A stretch of DNA of 64,000 nt, taken from positions 277-64,276 of the forward strand of contig PWMU01000171.1 in NCBI GenBank assembly GCA_003558065.1, in the 5' to 3' direction. This document shows, piece after piece, positions 46,522 through 54,537 of this stretch. The DNA is from Opitutia bacterium (GTDB taxonomy: Bacteria > Verrucomicrobiota > Verrucomicrobiia > Opitutales > T3Sed10-336). The notes below the pieces were generated by a model, which saw only the letters and a list, made by a program, of their open reading frames with translations, did no database searches and was not told where the DNA came from. Positions within the stretch are counted from its first letter, which is position 1; every line of letters begins with the position of its first letter. Position numbers and translations under genes: made by a program.

Positions 46522-47784
46522 ATGACCGCCGTCCTTCTCTTCCTCATATTCCTGTTTTTTGCCGCGGTCATGCTGCAGGGGAAGATGCCGGCGTTACTGG
46601 CCATTCCCGTCATGGCGATTCTGATGGCGATTATTTCGGGAGTGGGGCACGAACAGATCCTTTCCGAAATCGTGGTCGACGGCAGCACGCGCTTGAGCAC
46701 GGCCTACATGGCGGTGTTTTTCGGGGCGATGCTCGGTCAAGTGACCATACTGACCGGCATCGCCGAACGGATCGTCAAGCTGGCCGCCGAATTCTGCGGC
46801 GATAAGCCGGTCATCATCACGTTTACCCTGGCTTTTGTGACGGGCGTGTTGTTCGTCGCTCTGACGGGCCTCGGAGCGGTGATCATGGTCGGCACGCTCA
46901 TGCTGCCGATCCTCGTTTCAGTGGGTATTCCCCGAAAAATGGCGGCGTCGGTTTTTATCATGGCTTTCGGCACCGGGTACATCATGAACCTGAGCCTCTG
47001 GGAGTTTTATAGAACCGCCCTCAATGTCGAAATTTCCGAGGTCGCCCCGTTCGCGCTGCAGGTGCTGGGGATTAATTTCGTGGTGACGGTGCTGTTTATA
47101 CTTTTTTACGCGAAAAAGAATTTGCTCTTTGCCGCCTGCTCGGCCCGCCTGGGGCCGGAGAAGGCCAGGGCGGAGGAGTCCACTGTTCCGGGGATCGCGC
47201 TCCTGACCCCCCTGACCCCTCTCATTTTTCACCTGGGACTCGGCTGGCCGGTGATTCCGTCGTTCATCGGAGGTGCCCTGTTCGGGGTGCTCACGACCCA
47301 GCCTCGCCAGACGAGCCGGATCCTGACCCGCGCGGCGTTGAAAGGTCTCGAATCCGGCGCCCCGGCGATCATTCTCATGGTGGGCATCGGCATGCTGCTG
47401 AATATGTCCACGATGTCCGAGGTTCAGGCCGTCCTGGAGCCCGCCCTGGGGAGGTTGGGCGACTTGCCCTGGTGGGGGTTTGTGCTCGGGTTTGCCTTGT
47501 TGTCGCCGCTCGTGCTGTTTCGGGGACCACTCAATCCGTTCGGGCTCGGGATCGGCATCTACGCGATGCTGAACTCGATGGAGGTGTTTCCCGCGCTCGC
47601 AATCATGGCCCTGCTCATGTCCCTGACCCAGGTCCAGACGGTTTGTGACCCCACCAACACCCACAACGTCTGGGTGGCCGGTTACACGGAAACCCCCGTC
47701 ATGGCGATCACCCGGATGACACTCCTGTTTCAGATGACGGTTGCTTTTTGCGCCCTTTCCCTGGCGGCCTTTTGGTACCTGTGA
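46522..47784 (+). CDS. Ion-transporter-superfamily permease (GntP/CitMHS-like)
   Basis: 420 aa with about 12 hydrophobic segments. Substrate unknown. Confidence 0.65.
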   Translation: MTAVLLFLIFLFFAAVMLQGKMPALLAIPVMAILMAIISGVGHEQILSEIVVDGSTRLSTAYMAVFFGAMLGQVTILTGIAERIVKLAAEFCGDKPVIITFTLAFVTGVLFVALTGLGAVIMVGTLMLPILVSVGIPRKMAASVFIMAFGTGYIMNLSLWEFYRTALNVEISEVAPFALQVLGINFVVTVLFILFYAKKNLLFAACSARLGPEKARAEESTVPGIALLTPLTPLIFHLGLGWPVIPSFIGGALFGVLTTQPRQTSRILTRAALKGLESGAPAIILMVGIGMLLNMSTMSEVQAVLEPALGRLGDLPWWGFVLGFALLSPLVLFRGPLNPFGLGIGIYAMLNSMEVFPALAIMALLMSLTQVQTVCDPTNTHNVWVAGYTETPVMAITRMTLLFQMTVAFCALSLAAFWYL

Positions 47785-47830
47785 ACGCGATGGAATCCCG
47801 CATCCTGAGAATTAAAACGATGATCTGATC

Positions 47831-50005
47831 ATGAGCGTTTCGCGCAGCATTCGTATCGGGATCGACGTGGGCGGGACGTTTACCGACGTCGTGGCCATCG
47901 ATGCCGGGACCCGCCAGGTGGTGGGGTACACCAAGGTGCCCACGACCCACGAGGCGGAGGAAGGGGTAGCCCGGGGGATACTGGACGCCCTGAGCGGTAT
48001 CCTTGAACGCCACGCAATCCGGCCCGGGGAAATCACGTTTCTGGCACACAGCACGACCCAGGCGACCAACGCCCTGCTGGAGGGCGACGTTTCCCGCATT
48101 GGGGTCATCGGGGCGGGAAAGGGCTTTACGGGTTGGCAGACTTCCATGGGGATCCGGTTCGGCGCCCTGAAGCTGGCGGAAGGGCGGTTTCTGGATTCCG
48201 TGCCGGCCTACATTGAAACAGCCGGCGAGGAATCGTTTGAGAAGGGCCTGGCGACGGCGCTCAAACGAATGAAGGACGAACGGGTCGGGGCGATTGTCGC
48301 GGTGGAAGCGTTCTCGGTGGACGATCCGGAAACCGAGTCCCGCATCGCCGGGGCGGCCCGGGAGGCCGGGTTTCCGGCGACCGCCACGCACGAAGTGTCC
48401 TCGCTCTACGGGCTGCGGCTCAGGATTCGCACGGCAGTGATCAACGCGGCCATCCTGCCGAAGATGATGGAGACCAGTGAAAGGACCGCGACCGGGGTGG
48501 CCGACTCCGGGGTGGATGCCACCCTCATGATTATGCGCAGCGACGGCGGGGTGATGAGCCTCGACGAGATGCGGCGGCGTCCCATCCTGTCGTTTCTGTC
48601 CGGCCCGGCCGCCGGGATTGCCGGGGCGCTGATGTACGAAAAGGTTTCCGACGGTATCTTTCTCGAGGTTGGCGGGACCAGCACCGACATCTCGGTCATC
48701 CGTGACGGTCTTCCCCAGACCCGGCCGGCCACCATCGGCGGGAACCGGGTCTTTCTCAACACACTGGACGTCCGAACCATCGGGTTGGCCGGAGGCAGCA
48801 TGCTCCGGGTCCGGGAGAGGCGACTCGCGGGCGTCGGACCCAGGAGCGCCCACATCGCGGGGTGCCGGTACCTGGCTTTTTCCAGGGCCCAAGAAATCGA
48901 ATCCGCGGCGCTCGAGGAGGCCGCCACCGCCGGAGATGCGACCAACCGGTATCTCGTGTTCGTCACGCCGGACGGAGCCCGCATCGCACCCACCCTGACC
49001 TGTGCGGCGAATTTTCTGGGGTACGTCGAAGCCGACCAGTACGCACGGGGTGATGCCGAGGTGACCCGGGCCGGATTCGTCCGCTTGGGAGAATACCTTG
49101 GAATGCCGCCTGAGGAGGTGGCCGGAGAGATGTTTGAACAGGCGCTCCCCCTGGTGGAAGCGCCCCTGCACCGTCTGATCCACGAGTATCACCTGGATGC
49201 CGGCATGGTCGAGCTGGTCGGAGGAGGGGGTGGGGCCGCCGCCATCCTCCCGGCCTTGCGCGAGCGACTGGGATGGAACACCCGCATCTCGCGTCACGCG
49301 CCCATTATTTCGGCTGTCGGGGTGGCCCTGGCCCTGGTCAAGGAGGTGGTGGAGCGCAATGTGGTGAATCCGAGTGATGAGGATGTTTTAAGGGTGCGTC
49401 ATGAGGCCCGGACCGCGGCTATCCGGGCGGGAGCCACCCCGGAGACGGTCGAAGTGAGGGTGGAGGTCGACCGCCAGCGGAATATTCTTCAAGCCACCGC
49501 CACCGGAGCGTCGGAGATCCGGGAGGCCAGGGAGGACAAGGGAAGTGAAATGACCGAAGAAGCCCTGCGGGAGGTCGCTGTCCTGTCGCTCGGCATGGCT
49601 GCCGAGCGGGTTCAGCTCGCCGGGCGGGCCGACGGGTTCCGGGTGTTTCGGGGTGTCGAACCCGTGCGCAGGCTCGGTGGCCTGTGGCGGGGAAAGCGGG
49701 AGGGAATCCGGGTGGTGGACACGGAAGGGGTGATTCGGTTGCGGCGGACCCGGGGCCGGGTGCTTGAGTCGACCGCCGGGGTGATCGGGGGCGAGTTGAG
49801 CGGGGCCGTCGCCGATGAGACCGCGTACGGCGACGCCGGGCAGGTGGTGCCCGACGTGTTCCTGCTCCACGGAGGGCGTATCGCCAATTTCACCGGGATT
49901 ACCCAGGTGGAGCACGTCTCCAAGCTCGCCATGGACGAGCTTCAGGGGGCTTCGGACGAGGATTCAGTGGTGGTTCTTATTTGCCGGAAGGAATACGACG
50001 CATGA
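47831..50005 (+). CDS. Hydantoinase/oxoprolinase (HyuA-like, ASKHA-fold) family protein
   Basis: The N-terminal IRIGIDVGGTFTDVVAID is the Hydant_A_N signature, and a later GGPAAG-like segment reads LSGPAAGIAGA. No HyuB partner is adjacent. Confidence 0.8.
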   Translation: MSVSRSIRIGIDVGGTFTDVVAIDAGTRQVVGYTKVPTTHEAEEGVARGILDALSGILERHAIRPGEITFLAHSTTQATNALLEGDVSRIGVIGAGKGFTGWQTSMGIRFGALKLAEGRFLDSVPAYIETAGEESFEKGLATALKRMKDERVGAIVAVEAFSVDDPETESRIAGAAREAGFPATATHEVSSLYGLRLRIRTAVINAAILPKMMETSERTATGVADSGVDATLMIMRSDGGVMSLDEMRRRPILSFLSGPAAGIAGALMYEKVSDGIFLEVGGTSTDISVIRDGLPQTRPATIGGNRVFLNTLDVRTIGLAGGSMLRVRERRLAGVGPRSAHIAGCRYLAFSRAQEIESAALEEAATAGDATNRYLVFVTPDGARIAPTLTCAANFLGYVEADQYARGDAEVTRAGFVRLGEYLGMPPEEVAGEMFEQALPLVEAPLHRLIHEYHLDAGMVELVGGGGGAAAILPALRERLGWNTRISRHAPIISAVGVALALVKEVVERNVVNPSDEDVLRVRHEARTAAIRAGATPETVEVRVEVDRQRNILQATATGASEIREAREDKGSEMTEEALREVAVLSLGMAAERVQLAGRADGFRVFRGVEPVRRLGGLWRGKREGIRVVDTEGVIRLRRTRGRVLESTAGVIGGELSGAVADETAYGDAGQVVPDVFLLHGGRIANFTGITQVEHVSKLAMDELQGASDEDSVVVLICRKEYDA

Positions 50006-50349
50006 GCCCGGAAAGGGAAGAAGCCACCCGCCTGGGGCTGCTGATCGAGAGCGATTACTCCCCCTTGCAGGTCCCCCGTCCCGGGTGCCGGGGGCTCCTC
50101 GCGGCGGTCTACCCGCATGCGGCTCGAATCGTCCTGTTTGAGCGCAATATTCAGGCGTTTTGCAGGTCGAACGGGGTGTCCGTCGAAACGAAGCGGGAGG
50201 CGTTGATCCGGCATGAGCTTCACCATTACCGGGAATGGCGGAGGTGCCGGCGGGCGGGGCGCCGCTGGCACCCGCGGGACCCCGGAGAGGAACAGGCCGC
50301 GAGACGGGCGGAAAATCCCGCTGATAAATCATCCGCTGACTTGACCTGA
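50002..50349 (+). CDS. Small hypothetical protein with an HExxH motif
   Basis: Its ATG overlaps the hydantoinase-like stop (ATGA). The sequence reads MSPEREEATRLGLLIESDY...REALIRHELHHYREW and has an Arg-rich tail. Confidence 0.45.
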   Translation: MSPEREEATRLGLLIESDYSPLQVPRPGCRGLLAAVYPHAARIVLFERNIQAFCRSNGVSVETKREALIRHELHHYREWRRCRRAGRRWHPRDPGEEQAARRAENPADKSSADLT

Positions 50350-50390
50350 CGCCCTTCCCGGGGTTTCGATGGGGGGCCTTTTTTCATTTC

Positions 50391-51626
50391 ATGACCAATA
50401 GCAGAATCGTCATCACAGGCGTCGGCCTGACCGCTCCCAATGGCGACACCCTGGGGGAGTTTCGAAAAAACCTTCTCAGCGGGGTGGCGGGAGTCGAAAA
50501 TATCGAGACCCGTTACATGGGGACGGTGCACGCAGGGGTGTGCCATTTCGATCCCCTGAAGTACCAGAAGAAAAAGGCCCTGCGGATCGGGACGCGGGCC
50601 GGGAGCGTCGCGATTTACTGTTCCAGGGAGGCCGTCGCGGACAGCGGGCTGGACTGGGACGGGGTGGACAAGGACCGTGTCGGGGTGTACCTCGGGGTGA
50701 CCGAGCACGGTAACGTTGAAACCGAGAACGAGATCTACAACATCTCGCAATTCAACTACGATACGCGCTACTGGACCCACCACCACAACCCGCGCACGGT
50801 GGCGAACAATCCGGCGGGGGAGGTGACCATCAATATGAAGATCACCGGACCCCACTACACCATCGGCGCTGCCTGCGCCGCGGGGAATGCGGGGTTGATC
50901 CAGGCTTTGCAGATGCTGCGTCTGGGCGAGGTGGACGTGGCCCTGGCCGGAGGGGTCAGCGAAAGCATCCACACCTTCGGGATTTTTGCGGCTTTCAAGA
51001 GCCAGGGAGCGCTCGCCCACCATGTAGACCCCGGCAAGGCCAGCCGGCCCTTCGACCGCGACCGCAATGGCATCGTGGTCAGCGAGGGGGGGTGCGTGTT
51101 CACGGTCGAAAGGCTCGAGGACGCGCAGGCGCGGGGTGCGAAAATCTACGCCGAGATCGTGGGGTACGCCATGAATTCGGACGCCAAGGATTACGTGTTG
51201 CCGTATTCGGTGCAGCAGGGGGCCTGCATCCGGCAGGCGCTCAAACGGGCCGGGTTGGAGCCCGCCCGGATCGATGTCGTCAACACACACGCCACCGCGA
51301 CCCCCCTGGGGGACGAACAGGAATGCATCGCCCTCCGGGAGGTGTTTTCGGACTGTCCCGACACCTATGTCAACAACACCAAGGGGTTCATCGGCCACGC
51401 CATGGGGGCGGCCGGCGCCCTGGAGCTGGCCGGCAACCTGCCGTCGTTCCACGATGGCAAGATTCACCCCTGCCTCAACGTCGACCAGGTCGACCCGAAA
51501 TGCGAGGTCAACAACCTGGTGGTCGGGAAACCCCTCGAGGGCAGGCGGGTCAACGTGATCCTCAATAATTCTTTCGGGATGTTGGGAATTAATTCAGTTT
51601 TGATTGCCAAGGCGTACGTGGAGTAG
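50391..51626 (+). CDS. Beta-ketoacyl-ACP synthase I/II family (FabF/FabB-like elongating KAS)
   Basis: The Cys-His-His triad contexts are IGAACAAGNAGL, NTHATATPLGD and KGFIGHAMGAAG. Confidence 0.9.
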   Translation: MTNSRIVITGVGLTAPNGDTLGEFRKNLLSGVAGVENIETRYMGTVHAGVCHFDPLKYQKKKALRIGTRAGSVAIYCSREAVADSGLDWDGVDKDRVGVYLGVTEHGNVETENEIYNISQFNYDTRYWTHHHNPRTVANNPAGEVTINMKITGPHYTIGAACAAGNAGLIQALQMLRLGEVDVALAGGVSESIHTFGIFAAFKSQGALAHHVDPGKASRPFDRDRNGIVVSEGGCVFTVERLEDAQARGAKIYAEIVGYAMNSDAKDYVLPYSVQQGACIRQALKRAGLEPARIDVVNTHATATPLGDEQECIALREVFSDCPDTYVNNTKGFIGHAMGAAGALELAGNLPSFHDGKIHPCLNVDQVDPKCEVNNLVVGKPLEGRRVNVILNNSFGMLGINSVLIAKAYVE

Positions 51627-51648
51627 TAGAGTCAACCCTTTTGATTAT

Positions 51649-51909
51649 ATGACCGAAGAAGAGTGCAAACAGATCGTTGTTAAAATTATCGCGGATATCG
51701 CCCCTGACGAGGACCTAAATGACCTCAAGGATGATGTGCGCCTGCGGGACCAGCTGGACCTCGATTCCATGGATTTTCTGGATATCGTTATGGAACTCCG
51801 CAAACAGCATGGTATCGAAGTACCGGAAGAGGATTATCCGAAACTGGCCTCCCTCGACAGTTGTGCGGAGTACCTGACGCCCAAGTTTTTGGAAAAGCAG
51901 TCGGTTTAG
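51649..51909 (+). CDS. Acyl carrier protein
   Basis: 86 aa. The phosphopantetheine site is in LDLDSMDFLDIVMEL. Start at the internal ATG MTEEECKQ. Confidence 0.8.
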   Translation: MTEEECKQIVVKIIADIAPDEDLNDLKDDVRLRDQLDLDSMDFLDIVMELRKQHGIEVPEEDYPKLASLDSCAEYLTPKFLEKQSV

Positions 51910-51951
51910 AGGGGCGCCCCGGGCGGTTCTTGGGACCAGGGGCTCGAAAGG

Positions 51952-53436
51952 ATGCCGGAAACCGTGTTACAGGCACCCGGAGAGTCGCATTATGACGTGC
52001 TGATTATCGGGGCCGGAATGGCGGGAATGGCCGCGGCCATCCGGCTGGCGCATTTCGGGAAAAAGGTGTGCCTCCTCGAGCGTCACACGGTTATCGGTGG
52101 CCTGAACAGCTTCTACAAGCTGGGCGGCCGCAAGTACGACGTCGGTCTTCACGCGGTCACCAACTACGTTCCCCGGGGTGTCCGCGGCACCCCGCTGGTG
52201 AAGCTGCTCCGGCAGCTCCGTATTCACCGTGAGGAGCTGGACCTGTGCGAGCAGCTCGGTTCGAAGGTGAGTTTTCCGGGGGAGGAGCTCACCTTCACCA
52301 ATGACTTTTCCGTGCTCGAAAGCGAGGTGGCGCGGGCGTTTCCGGGGCAGGTGGACGGGTTCCGGGCCCTGGCCGGGGAGGTGGCCGCCTTCGGTGACCT
52401 TTCGGGAGGAGGGGGGGGCGATCCTTCGGCCCGGTCGGTGATTCGCAGCCACATCACCGACCGGGGGCTCGAGGATATGCTGCTCTGCCCCCTGATGTAT
52501 TACGGGAGTGCCAGGGAGGGTGATATGGATTATTCCCAGTTCGCGATCATGTTCCAGGCCGTTTACCTGGAAGGATTTGCGCGGCCGTTTGAGGGGGTCC
52601 GGCGGTTGACCCGAACCCTGCTCCGCAAGCTGCGCGAGGCAGGTGCTGAGCGGTGTATGGGGTGCGGGGTTCGGGAACTGCGGATCGACCGGGGAAGGGT
52701 GGCGGGGGTGATCCTTGACTCCGGCCGGGAGGTGACCGCCGGTGCCGTGTTGTCGTCGGCGGGGGTGACGGAGACGCTCCGGCTCTGCCGGGAGGCGCGG
52801 GAGCCGGAACCACCCCGCAACGACGACAATGTGGGGCGGCTCAGCTTCGTCGAATCGATCACCGTGTTCCGGGGTCAGCCCCGCGATCTGGGGTGCGACA
52901 ACACCATAATCTTTTACAACGACGCCGGCCGCTTTGATTACTCGGTTCCGGGGGATCTGGTCGACCCGCGCAGCGGGGTGATCTGTTTTCCGAACAATTT
53001 CGACTACGGTGACCGTCAGCTCCCGGAGGGGTTTTTCCGCATCACCTGTCTCGCCAACTGCGACGGCTGGTGCTCCCTCCCGGAGAAAGAGTACCGGGCA
53101 CAGAAGGAGCGGTGGTTCGAGACGATGGTCGCCCGCGCCCTCAAGTTTCTGCGCCCGGTCAACCGGGAAACCCTCAACGAGCGCACCCTGGCCCGCGACA
53201 TGTTCACCCCCCGAACCATCACCCGGTACACGGGGCACATCAACGGAGCGGTGTACGGGGCTCCGAAAAAGGTCAAGGACGGCTGCACGCCCTACGAAAA
53301 CCTCTTTCTCTGCGGGACCGACCAAGGGTTCCTGGGAATCACCGGTGCCATGCTCAGCGGCATCTCCATGGCGAACCGGCACGTCCTGTCGCGGAAGAGT
53401 GATAAATCCCTGGAAAAAATGACTCAAGCCCCGTAG
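51952..53436 (+). CDS. CrtI/RetSat-like NAD(P)/FAD-dependent oxidoreductase (phytoene desaturase family), copy 2
   Basis: YDVLIIGAGMAGMAAAIRLAHFGKKVCLLERHTVIGGL, and the C-terminal TPRTITRYTGHINGAVYG. It shares both blocks with 26472..27947. Confidence 0.85.
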   Translation: MPETVLQAPGESHYDVLIIGAGMAGMAAAIRLAHFGKKVCLLERHTVIGGLNSFYKLGGRKYDVGLHAVTNYVPRGVRGTPLVKLLRQLRIHREELDLCEQLGSKVSFPGEELTFTNDFSVLESEVARAFPGQVDGFRALAGEVAAFGDLSGGGGGDPSARSVIRSHITDRGLEDMLLCPLMYYGSAREGDMDYSQFAIMFQAVYLEGFARPFEGVRRLTRTLLRKLREAGAERCMGCGVRELRIDRGRVAGVILDSGREVTAGAVLSSAGVTETLRLCREAREPEPPRNDDNVGRLSFVESITVFRGQPRDLGCDNTIIFYNDAGRFDYSVPGDLVDPRSGVICFPNNFDYGDRQLPEGFFRITCLANCDGWCSLPEKEYRAQKERWFETMVARALKFLRPVNRETLNERTLARDMFTPRTITRYTGHINGAVYGAPKKVKDGCTPYENLFLCGTDQGFLGITGAMLSGISMANRHVLSRKSDKSLEKMTQAP

Positions 53437-53586
53437 CGAGGGCGCTTGGGACCTCCCGCCGGCGTGCAGGGACCCGGCTTATCGCCTCGGGCGTTTCGGG
53501 CAGGCGGTGCGGGCCAGGGGCGCTTCGGTCCGGCTTTGAATCCCCGGGCTCGCCAACCCGGAACGAATCTGCTTTTATTCCCGGAA

Positions 53587-54417
53587 ATGGAGTATTGGGC
53601 TTACACCATCGAAGTGGGGGACATCACGATCACCCCTCGATCCCTCCTGGTCGGAACCTTGCTGCTGGTGGCGTGGTTCCTGGCGGTGTCCTGGGTTCGC
53701 CGCTTCCTCCAGCGCCGGGTGTTCCGGAGCGTGGGACTCGACGAGGGGGTCGCCGCGGCCGTGGCGTCTCTGGTCGGCTACTCGTTGATGGTGCTCGGCG
53801 CGCTCGTTCTGCTGCCGGTGATGGCCCCGGGATTCAATATCAATACCCTGGTGGTCGTGCTCGGCGCCTTGTCCTTCGGGGTGGGTTTCGGATTGCGGAA
53901 CGTCGCCGACAATTTCTTCAGCGGATTGATCCTCCTGATCGAACGTCCCATCAAGGTGACCGACCGGATCGAGATCGAGGGGGTGTTTGGTACGGTGATC
54001 GATATACGGGCGCGGAGCACCACCGTGCGCACCAACGACAATATTGATATCATTGTGCCCAATTCCCGGTTCATTTCCGAGGAGGTCACCAACCTGAGCC
54101 ACCACGATCGAAAGGTCCGCTTCAAGATCCCCGTCGGGGTCCATTACGGCAGCGATGTCGAGATCGTGAAGCAGGCCCTCCTGGAAGCCGGCGAGGCCTG
54201 CGAGGATGTCCTGAGAAATCCCGCCCCGGCGGTTCGGTTGATCGAGTTCGGGGATTCGTCGGTGAACTTCGAATTGAGGGTTTGGACCGATACACTTTAC
54301 CACCGTCCCAAGCTTCTCTTCAGCAATGTCAATTTCCTGATCTGGAAAAAGTTCAAAGAGCACGGTGTCAGTATACCCTATCCGCAGCGCGACGTGCATA
54401 TTAAAGAGTCCCCGTAA
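53587..54417 (+). CDS. MscS-family mechanosensitive ion channel
   Basis: Internal ATG MEYWAYTIE. It has three TM segments and then the conserved beta-domain LLIERPIKVTDRIEIEGVFGTVIDIRARSTTVRTNDN. Confidence 0.85.
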   Translation: MEYWAYTIEVGDITITPRSLLVGTLLLVAWFLAVSWVRRFLQRRVFRSVGLDEGVAAAVASLVGYSLMVLGALVLLPVMAPGFNINTLVVVLGALSFGVGFGLRNVADNFFSGLILLIERPIKVTDRIEIEGVFGTVIDIRARSTTVRTNDNIDIIVPNSRFISEEVTNLSHHDRKVRFKIPVGVHYGSDVEIVKQALLEAGEACEDVLRNPAPAVRLIEFGDSSVNFELRVWTDTLYHRPKLLFSNVNFLIWKKFKEHGVSIPYPQRDVHIKESP

Positions 54418-54537
54418 ATCGCCGCCGCTTCGCGGTCGCTGCGGGACGGCCCGGAAGCGGCGCCGCGGCTCCGGCGATCACCACATCCCGGGAAAAGGCG
54501 GTGCGTTCCCTCTTCCCCGGCCGTGTTCAGGGGCGAT

